Below are positions 12,157 through 26,000 of a DNA stretch of 64,000 nt, one piece after another. Under the pieces are notes generated by a model, which was given only the letters and a program-made list of their open reading frames with translations, made no database searches and was not told the origin of the DNA. Origin of the DNA: Psilocybe cubensis (lineage: Eukaryota); contig CM039008.1 of assembly GCA_017499595.2 (NCBI GenBank), forward strand, positions 1,550,001 to 1,614,000, read 5' to 3'. Positions within the stretch are counted from its first letter, which is position 1, and every line of letters starts with the position of its first letter. Position numbers and translations under genes: made by a program.

Positions 12157-14258
12157 TCAGAAGGCGCGGGGAATACGTTCTGAATCTGGGTCAGGATGTG
12201 TCATTGATAACACTGATGGTGAGTTTTCAGACTCGATTTGCTTGTCAATCAAAGTCTGGATAGATATCGCCAATCTAGGGTTTTCTGTCCGAGTCGTGGG
12301 GGACTGAAGAGTCATTAAGAATGAGGGCACGTAACGAATAACTCATAGTGGAAGAAGCCTCACCTTCTCAAGCACAGTGGGGGAGATGTTCTCTATGTCG
12401 GAAAACATTCGCGACGTAGGTAGAGAAGTCATATTCATAGACGTCAGGTCGTTTTGCCTCAAGGCTTCACGAGCATTCAGCCTAGAACAAAAATTTTTGA
12501 GCTCTCAGTCGAGCAGTGTATATAATTAAAGCCTCACGTTGCGAGATATGCATTCACATACACTGAAAATGGAGGCGCTGTCAGCTCAACGAATGGGTAA
12601 ATGATGAAAACCTACGTTTGCTTAAAAGAAGGTAAAAACCTAGTGTAAAGAGAATGTTATTTCGAACAACGATCCTCGACAAAGGGCACAAAGTCTACTT
12701 ACCGAGGAAGATAAAGTTGTTAGGCATGATGATATAAAGAATCAAACCCAGGGACGCGTCAATTCTATGTCCCGAGATATCAGTCTAGTGAGAGGTATAT
12801 TTTGAAGCGTTCGACATACGCTACAATCATCCCCGTATTGACAGTATAGAGCGTTAAAACCTTGATCAGAGAATCCGTCCTGATACAGAAAATAGTTGAG
12901 GATGTAGCCCACCAGATCAAAACGAATTGCCCCACCTGCGGAATCCTGTTCTTGAACTGTAAAGAAGCCATGACAAAGCAAGAGCCAGACTCAAGTCGCT
13001 TCCAGTTCCAACTCCGAAAGTCAAGTACATAAGAGGCTAACGCGAAGCGTAATAAATGATCAGCCACTTCCACTGTGGGGAGAATCAATTTAGCCTGGAC
13101 GTACAGCAATCTTCTCTAGTTCCGGGAAGGTTTCAATCTTGAATCTGAACAGGGATATATTAACAGTCAGTGGCAAACGGGAATTGAGAGATGGTAAGAC
13201 GGACGCTTTTACTGTGATTGCTAACAAATAGTGGCTAGCATTAGGCTCATCATAAGCGAGAGGAAGAAAAATCAGAAGCTTACTGATTCCGACGACTTGA
13301 AAAATGGAAGGCCTGAGTATGACGTTCGAGATACTTATGACGAGTTGTTAACTCACTCAAATCGCTCAATGACAGGACCATCTATGCAAAGATAAATTAA
13401 ACGATAGGCGTCAATGCAATATCTCCGCAGTAGATATGTTTTATACTCACGATCCAGGCAGTCAGAGGAATGCTACCCTTGCTCACTGTGTTGAGGCAGA
13501 GTTTAGAAGGGAAGTGGGGCCTAAAAATGAAGTACTTACACCGAAACACCCGAATGGTAAACAAAGTCCGTATAATGAAGTTTGATATTGACTTGGAAGA
13601 CGTAGTCAGTCTTGCCATTCGATAATGAGACCGACGTGTAGTACTCACAGTGACTGCCACATGAATCTAAAACGACAATTACGTCCATTAAAAGTTAAAA
13701 CGAATACCAGTCTAACAGGCCAAGAAGACCCACAATAATACTCCTACAGGGCGGTAATTCATTAAATTATGGAGTCATCACGATGGAAACATTCTCACCA
13801 GACGGGTTTGAAAACAGCCATTGGATTCAAATAGTTGCTGACCATGTAAAAGTAGAGGATGTGACCATTCAAAGCGGAGTCAAATGTGTCCAAGAGCCTT
13901 ATCCGCCGTAGGTAAGAAAAGGAAGCTTCATAAAAGACACGCGACTGTGAATTACCAGAGAAGGGAGACCTAAAGGCACGTCTGTTCGATACTACATTAA
14001 AGAAGGAGAAGAAACATCGCGCTTACCGTAAGTTTTAAGAAAATGCGGTCTTTGTTACCCCTCATAAAATAGTTCCATGTTTGAACACAGGTCACTCCCC
14101 AAAGCCTGAGGAATCCAATAAACACAGGAACGGTTGGCGCAGAAAAATGGTAACACATACGCCATCGCAACCAACCCCCCAACCAAAAGAGAACCTAGAG
14201 TGTTATCGAATTTCGGCAACACCAACGGCGCAACGCCTACTGGAATACTCGAAGCCAT
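12157..14258 (-). CDS. Multi-pass membrane protein, DUF6534-type (Agaricomycete 7TM-like family)
   Basis: Spliced sequence DNTLGSLLVGGLVAMALWGVTCVQTWNYF..D...LK; LLDTFDSALNGHILYFYMVSNY; TDSLIKVLTLYTVNTG; LNAREALRQ. Many short exons; last exon ends RIPRAF-TGA. Confidence 0.75.
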
Positions 14259-17200
14259 GGGATTGTCTGTGAAGGAATGACGATGTTCAAGAAAGTGATC
14301 ACAGGGGGGCGAGGCAAAAGGCACTACGTTATCTCAGAAAGGTTTATAAAGGTATGGAAGGAATGCTGAAATGTCACAATGCCGAATCGTAATATGACAG
14401 TTTTTTCTTCTCTGTGCATTTCCTCCTGCCCGGCTATAAGAGGAGCTATGACTTGCTGTGGGTAGCTTCCAAGTTGCACTCTAGAAGTCCAAGCCACCGA
14501 TTAAACCCCGTGGGTATATCCCTACAAACTCACGTTTTCTGGATAAAATTATACCTGCTAGTCTCTTCTTCCGAGGTCATGTTCATCTATGCCTAGGATC
14601 GAATGAAAAGAGGCTTCGAGAGGTGACAATTGGTACCGTTTTCGGCGTGAATTGCTGGGAAATTGAACTTTGAATAACATGGAATGTTTATTGCCGTGAT
14701 TCTTTTGGCCAGGCTATGAACATAGTTATGTGGTGTAGCCTAATTCGATGTAGATTATGCCATCGGAGGCTGTCGTCGTCAGCCAATCAAGGTGCGACCT
14801 GAGCAAGCCTGTGAAACCGAGATGAACGAATCGTCTTCATGAGGAACTAATCCTCAAAGGTCACACGAACCACGCGGCAATGGCAGGACTAGGGAAGGGA
14901 TCTACAAAATTGACCGAGTAGTTCAAGAGAAACTTCCATGAAAATCATTGCCGCGACCACATCGTTGCCTATAGCGATGGTGTGAATTGTAGTCTGACGG
15001 GAGGCTTTTCACCATCGACTTGGAGTTGTTCGATTGCAGCGGATTTGCGAGCACCAAATTTAATTTCACATCTCCATAAGTGAAGACATGTCTTCCCGTC
15101 TTCATGATTGATGATGTAGCCATTACAAACGGGAATGTTTATTCCTTCTGTCGTTGGCTTAATTCGTCGACGACTATGATTGAAGAGCAAATCAAAGAGG
15201 CAGACGTCAGCTCCAGATGAATTAGCCCTTTCAGAAATGAAGGGAAAATACCCACATAATTGGCAATGCCTACCAAAGGTTCATCCCCTTGGGAAAGAGA
15301 TGCGAAGTCGAGGGAGCAGCGACGTCACACAGTCCACTCCACTGCCGTATACGGTTCACACCAGTCGGCCCCTTCAAGCTTCGCTGGGAGCGTTTGAAAA
15401 TCCATGAGCGAGGGCATTTGGGCGAATGTTTTTGAGGCTCTGGCAGTCAGCCGACCCCAAGGGCGAAGACTACAATCATATCACATGCCGAGTGTCTTCC
15501 TTTTCCTGCGCGGTTCAGTGATTCTGGCGGTGGTCCTCTGTCGCGCTCGTTTTTGCATGAAGGCCAAGAAGAGAATAAGGCCAGGGGCTCACGGCCGGTA
15601 TGTATGTCGTTATCATCCACATGTTGTCAATGCAGGTATAAGAATTGATAGATCAAGGGTTTTTTTTTCAGGTTGACTTTTATCAATTGACAACTGAGGA
15701 TCATGGGCGAAGGAAGAGAAGGGCCGCCAAGTTGAACGTTTACCCGCGACATAACCGTGTGCCAGATGTATACATTATCTAGAGCAATATCAAACGGAAA
15801 GCTGGGCGGACATGGGCATGGGGGCCATGGGCGTTAAGATGGCGTTGAATTCTGATCGACCTGTCAGTCCGATTTCCACCGAATCATTACGTCAGTACAT
15901 CTCGTGACCTCGCGACGCGTCTGCGATTAGGGGCTCTCATTCTTTCGGTAACGCGTCTTCCATTTCTACAACTAGAGGTTCTTGCATCATCGAAGTCTGA
16001 ATCATGAAGGTCGCAACATGTATCATATACATGGAAATGACGCCCAAAATGTTAGCCATATACGGCTACAGTGGTGCCAGTTATCCATCATCCTGAATTG
16101 AATGCCCGTTTTTGAATGCCATCGATGCATAAAGCGAAGGGCCTTGATGATACTAAAAGTCGTGAACCTAGTGTAAAGGTCTCAAGATTCTATATACTCA
16201 ACTTTAAAGCATCCACAATATCTGTCACTTTTGCCTTCTGGCACAAAATGCCGCGTTCGTTCTATTTAAAAAGGTCATTTTCCATCCAATTCTAGCCTAA
16301 TGCAAGACTTCAATTTCTGGATATATTCCAGTCAATGCGCTCAAGCATAAACTCAATGATATCACCTTCTGATTCCATGTCATCTAAACTTATAAGCACC
16401 CAAAGAATAAAAACATCTGCCGTCATTCCAAAATCGCACATACAACATACATAACGAGCGCGCATCCATACCATAAACGCACACCGCTAAATTGACAGCA
16501 CTCTCATCCAAGCCAAGATACTCGTAGCATACCGACAGCATACCTACCTACATCTCAGTTTAACTATTTGACTCCCTCCGTCCAACAGCACCGGAGCATT
16601 ACCATAGCAAAAGAGACATAAAACGTCCATGCGCCGCACCCACGGCAAGAGTTTCTTCCAGTATCCCCGACGTACACTGCATAAAACTTCCCAGCAAACC
16701 TAAAAACAAAACTCGACAGAACTTCCAGCGCATCGGCTATTTGCGCACCTGCGCGCTCGTAAGAATATCCGTGTGCTTCCAACGCCTGACTGGAAAAATG
16801 TTATCTAGAAAGAGAAACAAATACACACTCCAAAAAGGATGTAGCGACTTCTCAGCGGAGCGCCCATTGGTCTACATACTGCGCATGAGCCTTGCCTTTC
16901 TGATATTTACTTTGCACCCTACCCCGTCTCCAAGCTCCCAACCTGCTGCTTCACTACTTCGACCGCTCAGTATACTCAGCGCACTCCTCAGATGTGTCCA
17001 CAAAACTTCTAGTTCTTCAACTTCCTTATGAGAATTGTAAATGCCCAACCGCTACTTTGTCAGAACAACCCTTGTTTAAAAAGACAAGATCCATCTTCCG
17101 AGCGGCTTCCAAAGCCAATGGATTTTTGAGTTGACACCGTAGTACTGATATACATGGTAACGCAATTGCATCTTCACCGGTACCATTATTGACAAAGACA

Positions 17201-17359
17201 ACGTTAACAACGCATCATGATATGCACCCACAATACCAACGACCAACACGACGGACTCTGTCAGCCTCCGCGAGCTTGTAAATGGCTTAGCCTAAATCAC
17301 GCAGCTGGTACACCCAACAGTACGTCAAAATTCTACATCGGAAGATCAGATCAAGAACA

Positions 17360-20300
17360 CCTCAAAAGAAAAAAAAAAGAAGGAAGAGAGAAAAACACCC
17401 GCGTATGGTAAAATTACTCGCGCTACAACCCCCGAGCCCACGAAGCTAAACTAACCATCCATAGCATCTGAATCCACACCGCACCATGCTGCCCGCGTTC
17501 ACATACATCATAGTCAGACAGACAGCCAAAATGGGGGTACCTCAATACACGCCCTCGAAATCTCAATGCTCAATGCTCATTTCACGCTCGTCACGGACTC
17601 CACCAAAAAAACAAACATAAAAAGAAAGAAGCACGTTAGAACCAGTTAAAAAATGAAATAAAACATGAACATGACTTGACTTTGAAAGACGTCAATCAAA
17701 TGAAGATTTAACATGCTATATATATATATGCATCATCCACTTTTTCAATTCAGAGTCATGAATAAAAAGACCAACTAACACATACGGATTCTAGATTCTG
17801 AATCTCAGCCTTTCATAAGGTCCAAGTTCATTACAAGCACGCATTCAATTCTCAAAAATCCAAACCCAAACATATCCATACGCAATCTTTACAATGAGCG
17901 AAAAATAGCAAAATAACCACTTCTAGTGCTACCACCACAACATTCAAATTATTACTAATAAAAAAGAAGTGTTGTCCACTGGGAAGAGATAGGATGATGG
18001 ATGCTATATATGTCGGATATAGAGGAGAAAAGAGGGATGAGGGATGAGGCGCGACGCAAAAGACGCGAGTCCAACGGACTACTATGTATATAAAAAACAC
18101 ACAAAAATGTTTTACTTTACTCTACCTACGAACGCGTAATTGTAATATAATGTAATTTTGTTACTATTACTATTACTTCTTGTATAGAGAGAGAATCGAG
18201 ACCGAAGCCGAAGGCGAGGGGTGAGGTGAGGGAAAACAATCCCAACTTTTGCAAAAGAGAGAAAGAGAGGATGGATGGAGGGGGAAAAAACGCGATCTAG
18301 CGAGCGGAGATTTTTGACATTAATATCAATGCAGCGGAAAAAAAGGAGTGTCCAATCCATGGATGCAATGAAATGCAAGAGAGTGTGTGAAGCGAAACAG
18401 AGAGAGAGACAGAGAGTGTGTGTATATGTGTATAAGAGAACGTGTATGAGAAACCAGTGTTAAACCAATGCAATACTTATAAATATAGGTAAAAAGTAAA
18501 GGTTGAACATCGAATATCGAACGTCGAGCGTCGAATATAAATTAATGTATGACGAAGGTCGAAGGCCAAGGGTCGAGGGGTCAAGGGTCAAGGGGTCGAA
18601 GCAAAAGAACAGAACAGAACAGAGACAGAAAATCGGAACCAAGGAACGGAAAACACCGATCACAAAGACCGAAAGACTGGACGACGAGAAGTAGATGGAG
18701 AACAGAACAGAAGAGGAGGGCACAACACCGAACCGAAAAGCGAGAACCGAGAACCGAAGAACAAAAACAACCACATCACCACCACCACCATCAACATCAT
18801 GGGACCCAAATCATATAGGCAGGTACACCACTCAACTTGCGGGATATGAAGGTGAGACAGAGCTTGTGTGATAGGATATGAATGTGAGATAGAAGATAAA
18901 GAGCCAGTGGAATATAACGGTGTGACAGGGAGAGATATGAAGGTGAGAAAAGGGGCCACAGAAAAAAGAGTCAGGGACAGAGGAACAGAAAGGTTCAGGA
19001 TTTAGATGAGAATACCAAAATCTCATCATGTCAACCGAGCGAGGGATTTGAAATTTGGAAAGGGACAGGATGGAGGATAAGAAACCCGGCATAAAAAGAT
19101 GAAAGCGGCCGTCTTGGGAGGATCGAGGAACATGAGCCACAGGGTATAGGAACCAGAGGGACGACCACGACAAGACCGGCCAAGGAAGTTACCACCACCA
19201 CCAAGCACACACCACACACACAACCAGGCAAAAAAAGAGGTAGAGGTATAAAAAATATCCAGGTATCAAAGCGAGAGCAAGAGCAAATGCAAGTCGAAAG
19301 CGGCAGGGTATTGATGTGATGTGGGGTATGAGATTACGACGATGGGTATGCGGGAGGGTATGAGGTACGACGATGGGTATGCGGGGTATGATTCTATGCC
19401 AATCCGGATGCCGATGCAGGGTATATACTACGCTCGTATGCCGGTATATCGGTATATGCATATGCAAACGATGAGAGCGGGTGGGGGTATCTCGAGGTGC
19501 TTTGTATGCATGTATATGCGTGTCCTATGCGGTATATCCATTCCAAGGCGGATCCAAAAATCCAAAATCCAGAGTCCAAAATCCAAGAATCCAAAATCGA
19601 ACGAACCCGAAATCCAGCCAACCACGCCGACACGGGGTAGAAAAAAAAGCGACGACGATAATAATAAACCAAGTTGGCGTTCATTCCGTACGACATATCG
19701 TCCGTCCGTCCGTCCTTCCTTGCTCGCTATTTCGGTCGCTCTTTCGGCTCCTACTCCTGAACATCCCTCTCCTCCTCCCAACATCTGATCCAAATCCCAA
19801 TCCCAATCCAAATCCCAATTCCGATTCTGATGCTAACGCTGATGGTGATATTGATTTGATGTACTTGGATTCTGATATTGATATTGATGTTGTCTGATCA
19901 CATATCAAAAATCCAGAACAAAATCCCCATCCCTGCATCCCAGGTTTATCCCCGGCACCCTTCCCCTTCCTTCTTTCCAAGCCGGCCCACCACAAAACCC
20001 CACCAGAGCCGCAAACAACACTAGAAGCCCGTCAATTGCAACCTGCCAGAGCGAAAAAAATAGGACACCGATAGGAATAGGAATAGAACAGCGTATCCGT
20101 ATGACCGTATGATATATGTGCCCGGTTCCGATTCTGGATGATAAGATGGAGTTATGCGTTGTGTGCTGTAATTAAAGCTGGGATCTGGGAGGTGGGAAAT
20201 AGGAAACCGCAACCGCAGCCAAAACCGAAAGGAGATGGATGGGAGATATATAACCGCCGGCACCGACATAGCACAAATTGAACAACGACGACGACGACGC

Positions 20301-20870
20301 TGGGATGCTGTCGGGAATGATACAGTGACGATGATGAACGTTGCCGAGTTAACCGTGACGATGAGGATGATGGCTTGGTGAATGGTGATAACAAACATGT
20401 ATACATCTCCGCTCGCGATTCCATTGAAAATCTCTCGACAATTAATTTTCAAAAAACACAACAAAAAAACACAATTGAATGGGGTTGGTGGGGCATTTGT
20501 TTCCTCGGGTTTGCTCCTTTCGTTCGTTCGTTTGTTCCTTTCCTCTCTCTCCTCTCCTTCCACTCCATTAGACCGTTCCGCTCTGTTCCGTTCTGACTTG
20601 TTCTCCTCCTCAATCCATTCCATAACGTACACCACAACCCAGACCTAGACCCAGACCAAAGACGCAACCACACAAACTCAAACACAAAACACAGAATAAA
20701 GATAACACAGAATAAAAAAGAAAGAGGGGGGTGCGCGCGCGAGGAGAGAGAGACAGAGAGACAGAGATAGAAAGACAGAGACAGGGGATAGAGACAGCGA
20801 TAATAATAAAAAAGCGATAGTGGCAGACAGAGAGAGAGCGAGAGCGAGAAAACAGCAAGAGAAAGGGAGA
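17360..20870. repeat. Low-complexity, microsatellite-rich non-coding tract downstream of the P450
   Basis: Dense AG, ACAGA, CAC, AATCCC, GAC and AGAGAC repeats; ORFs here are repeat-derived. Confidence 0.7.
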
Positions 20871-20875
20871 CCAGA

Positions 20876-23008
20876 TCAACTTGAGAGGATTTCGCTCTGC
20901 TTGATCAAGGACAGCGCTTTCTGGTTCCTAGGTCTCAAATCGCACTTGAAAGGGTTCGGAGTCCTATAATCATTGCCCCAAAACCATTAACACCCAGGCT
21001 TGCAAAACATATAAAAAACACGCACCTGAAAATGGGATTCTCAAACTTGATTTCAGGCTCAACCACCTTTCCATGCTCATCCACGGCCTTGCCGACATCC
21101 AACGTCGCCAGCATGCTCGCAATCAACAACCAAACCGACGAGTCCACAAGGTTCATCCCCGGGCACTGCCTTCTCCCAAACCCGAACGCATAATTTTTTG
21201 GGTTACGCTTCCTTTCGAGCTCGGGGGCGAGTTTAGTCATGAATCGGTCCGGGTTGAAGGTGTCGGGGTCGGGGTACATGGTCTCGTTGCGCATCATGGC
21301 CCAGATGTTACCAAAGACGAGTGAGCCCTTGGGGATGTACATGTCGTTGTAAATGTCGTCTTCCATCAGGCGATGCGGCAGGTCTAGATGTTCATCAGTA
21401 TTAGAGTTAAGTGCGCATGCATGAGGAAACAACTCACTCAGAGGGACGGGGACACCCCATCGTAGGACCTCTTTGAATATGCTCTCGACTGTAATTTTAT
21501 TAGATTTACGATGTCAGTAACGAGAGAAAACACGTACCGTAGGGGAGTTGGCTGCGGTCTTCGAATGTAGGCAGTCTGTCGGTGCCCACTACGCTATCCA
21601 GTTCGGCCTGCGCCTTTCGCTGCGTTTCGGGGTAGAGTATCATGGCCAAAAGGAAGTGAGAAACAACAGTGATGGTCTGCAGGCGCATATGAGTCGAAGC
21701 ACAAAAAATGTAAATATATGCGGCACGCACAGTGTCAATGCTAGCAGAGTACATAGAGTTGGCCGACCACTTAAGGTGGAACTCGAAGTCTTCCTGCTGC
21801 TGCATGCTCGTATCTTCCAACAGATTCGAGCAGAACGAAGGCTTGTAGTTGCCCGATTTCTAAATATATGCGCGTCAGTTTTATCAAAAATCGAGCTAGA
21901 GGTGGTACAAACCATGCTGCTCTTCATATACTCGTACGGCCTGTCCACAAACTCTTCCATCTTGCGCTTCCACTTGATCGCATTGCGCTTGAAGCCTGCA
22001 CCGGGCATCCATAGCGGCATGTGCTGAAGGAAAGGGAGAACATCCACAGGCCAAATACCGCCTCCAGACGCGATGCGCTCAGAGAGAATGTGAACACACT
22101 CCTCGGCGAGCTCAAGGAACTGGTCGTCGTTTGACACGGGCTGGTAGCCGTAGGTGACAGAGAGAGTGAGCCCTCCAGCATAGCGGCGGACGTGCTTGAT
22201 ATAGTCGACGGGGTCCACAACGAGCCGACGCAGGAAAGTATGGGTCTCTGAGAGCAGGAGCGGGTGGTAGGAGGGGATAGTCGCGACGCCAAACGCCTTG
22301 TGGAGCAGACGACGCTGCTGGCGCATTTGCGGGCCGTAGCCTGTGAACGCGACCTGGAAAAGGACAAGACTGATGTCAGTTCCGTTCAGGTTGCAGATTT
22401 GAGAGAGATCAAGAATAGGACTGGATCGGGGGAAGCAAGGCCAGATAGATGGATAGATGGGAAGCGAGGCAAAGAAGCTTATGTGTTGACTGGCGGGTGT
22501 TAGTTGACCGCTGTGGCGATCTGGGTTCGCCGGGGCGATAGGACAGGGAAAATGGAAGGGAGCTCACCATGTTTTTGCAGCCGCATCTGTCGGAAGGTGA
22601 GCACGGGGACGGGAGACGGAGATGAAGAGAGATACGCACAGCTCGCCGGCCATGACGAGGGCAGGTTTGTCCGAGTAGATTGAACCACGCTTGTCGAGAA
22701 GATCGCTGGCCGCGTCTGGGGAGTTGAGGAAGACGAGGCCTATGCCGAGTGCGTTGAGGTAGACGACATCGCCTGTGGGGGATGAGCTTGGGATAGATAG
22801 TGAGGGGGAGAAACTGACCATATGTCTTTGCCCACTGAGCAGCGGGGAGCCAGAGCTCTTTGGCGGTGAGATCGCGGACATTGCCCAGGAGGGGGACGGG
22901 CTTTGGACCGGGGGGATAGTCCCTGGGAGGAACTCTCCTGTTTCTAAGCCAGAGAAACAGCGAGAGGAGGAAACAGGCGGTGGCGGGGACGAGCGGGGAG
23001 AGGGCCAT
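20876..23008 (-). CDS. Cytochrome P450 monooxygenase (possibly CYP502/eln2-like)
   Basis: N-terminal anchor + [13 protein letters not shown]-helix MYSASIDT; ExxR (KEVLRW); FNPDRF; heme motif [10 protein letters not shown]; about 9 introns; stop TGA 20876-20878. Family assignment is from memory of [17 protein letters not shown] and is uncertain. Confidence 0.92.
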
Positions 23009-26000
23009 TGTGGGGTGCTGGAAGAGAGGACGGCTCGCTTTTCTGTGGGCGTCCCATGTCGCGTCCAAGAAGCAGCGTCACAGATCACTAGCTATATCCG
23101 GACAACCCCCTCCCAAATTAGGCGATTTCCAAAACATAATGTCCTGAAGGGTTCAGAGAAGCACAGGGTCTCCCTCCTGCGAGAACCAGCCAGGAACGCT
23201 TCCCTGCAACTTGGCGACCCATCTCCACTGGGCTTCTTCCTTGTACCATTCACAAACAGTAGCCTATCACTCCAAATAGCCTACCACTCTGATCGCACAA
23301 CTCTCTTTCTCCTCCAACTCTACCTGTGATCGCCCCTTCGCGAATCCTTCCTCTTCCTACCTTCGCTTTCAGTAGCTATCATAACAAGCTACGCCCACCC
23401 TTCTTTTTCGAATCCGCTCTGGAGCGTTCTGTTACCTTCTGATGCGCATGTATCTACACGTTTACACAAATGGTATAAAGCCTCCATCCATCCTCCCTTC
23501 AAAGGCCAAAAAAAAGAAAAAAAAACATGTACACACGATCTGACATATATCATTGAACATGTCTCTCCGTCGCTTAAGCCGCTTACGTTCAACCACACTA
23601 CACACGGCCTCCGAGACCCCGTCGTCAATCACAAAAATTTGTCCCCTTCACCCCTTCCTCAGAGTCACATCCTGAGCAAACCTAAACGCCAAGTCAAGCA
23701 TGTCTTCCTTCGTCAATTGATGGATACACAGTATGTACCCTCCAATTCGAGTCTGGAATCAAAAAGAAGCAGGGTTCTCAATTACAATTTACAATTTTCT
23801 GATCTCTTTTTCCTCCTTCCTTCAGGTTTCACCATTCAACGGAAAGGTAAAGCAAACCTTATAAGCAATATAAGCAATATGTATGATATGATCGTGACAC
23901 AGGGACCGTCCAGACAGATGCTTCTGATGATGATCTTCGAAAGAAAAAAAAAACATATACATACTCACGTAAGTCGTTATGTTAGGTACGCTTGTCGGCC
24001 CCGGGGCGTGTAGAAACGTCGGGAGATCCAAGTTCTTTTGCGTTGGTCAGGGTTCAGCTTACTGGTCGCTGCGCAGTGCGTAGAGTCCTCAGTCAGTGCG
24101 CGTTCTCAGGCGAGCGGCGAGAGGATAACGGACAGCGCTGAGCGCTGAGCTAAACCAAAGGCGCATTGCGATAGTGCGACTACACGCTAACGCCTACATC
24201 ACCCCACGCCAGCTACGCAGCAAACAAAATCAACATCATCATACCCTACTGGAGCGACGATACCCACGAGCGAATGAGCAAACGAACGAGCTAGCGAAAA
24301 CGGCGAAAACGACAGCGCATGCTAGTACAGCGGCTCTACCGCACACACATCACGCAATGCGCGCGCGCGCCCATCCGGGAAAAATCCGATTTTATCGCCT
24401 TAACGGACACCTCTACGTGTCCTCTCCCACTCCATCCTTAGTAAACTACTTACGAAAGTCGAAAAAAAAAAATTCGAAGGGCTCATGTAAGTGATAACTG
24501 TAACTGTAACTGTATCCTGACGTTCTCGGCGTGAAGTCGTCGTTCGAGTCGGTCGATCATCCGACACTGATTAACTGGAAATGAAGTTGGAAGCAGTTGG
24601 AAGTTGGAAGATGACCGGAAGTTCTTCCTGAGACTCCGTCGGACCTGGCTGCACAGTCCAATCAATCTGAATAATTTGTATAATGTATGGTAAGTAGCGT
24701 GAGTGATAAACAATTTGAATCTCACGTACGCTTCCCTCACCCAAATTCAATGGAGTCTGGTCGAAACACTATGTTTCGACCTAAATATTATTATATTATA
24801 TAACATCAACAACACCCAGCGTACTGTACCCCCTCCGCACTCCTTTTTAAATTTTCATCTCATTTTTCCTGCTAGCGCCGTTTCCATCCCAGCACAAAGT
24901 GTATCATCTCGCCGTGGTGTATCATCAGCGTTGATCCCACACTTATACTTAGTATCACAAGTAACCCTGACACGGCGACGGCCGTCGACTCCGCCTCGAG
25001 GCTCTTTGCTGCCCCTCGACGGCTCGACCCTCGAAAAATTGATATCGAGAACTCCGCACTCCACACTCCGCAACCCCTCGTCCCTGGATCCTGACAAGTG
25101 CAAATTATATAGACCGTCGACTTCAAGTTCAAACATCGACGCGGACGCGCGAATGTATGTATGTACCCATGTTATATGCCGGAAATATTCAATTGATTGA
25201 GTCTTGAAGCTCGAGCCTTGACTTGACCCTGATGAAGATCATCATAGACTACGTATGAATTGAATTCATGATTTACTTACTTTATGTGCTGTATATAACA
25301 CCTATTATTAGCTTCGTTCTCCCGCGTACCGCCACGACCACGGTCCTATAGTAAGTTAATGAACAAAATATGAAGGGGACACGCCGACGCAGACCATGAG
25401 ACGGTGACGGTAACGCGCAAATTGATTCATTCATTCATCGAGAGGGAAATGAAGCTCTAGCCATGGCTTCCCAGTGCCTTCTAATCATGCGATATGGATG
25501 GATTGGCTTTGGAAAATGGTGAGCAACCGGTGTCCGGTTGCTCGTGCCAGGCGTGCGTGTGCGCTTCAGTGACCAAGGACGACGATGGCAACGAGCTCGA
25601 CTTCAGATAGTATTGTTATTTTAATATCATTCCTCGTCGACGGTCGGTGTCCGGTCTCATGATGATCAGCGCCAGCGTCAAAGCTCATCCATACATACCC
25701 ATACTATCAACGTTAAATGAAGCATACGCATAATCATTCGAAAGTTGAGAGTTCAAGTTGGTGGAGAGTGGAGATTTAATTTTCGGCGGATGTGCGTCGG
25801 GCTTCGGATGCTGATGCGCATGATGCTGTAAGCGTACCCTCACCCGCACGGTCCGAGTCCGGCGAGTACGACTCCTGCCTGCTGATTGCGTTTCGGTGCG
25901 TTTCATCTGCAAAAAATTGTTTAGTTCAAGTTCTTGACTTTTGACCGTCGACGGCGACTTGTTTTTCATTTTTCTCGAATTGTCGCTGGAGTGGTATTGG

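Noticed and set aside
16260-17340. Possible degraded minus-strand gene (DDMESEGDIIEFMLERIDW, ALEAHGYSYERAG)
   Set aside because: Many stops, no consistent splice model and no recognisable family.
19321-19788. Met/Tyr/Gly-rich ORF resembling a peptide precursor
   Set aside because: Arises from GGTAT/GATG microsatellites; no signal peptide, repeated core or Kex2 pattern.
20876-23008. P450 as part of a secondary-metabolite cluster
   Set aside because: No synthase, decarboxylase, methyltransferase or MFS transporter recognised nearby.
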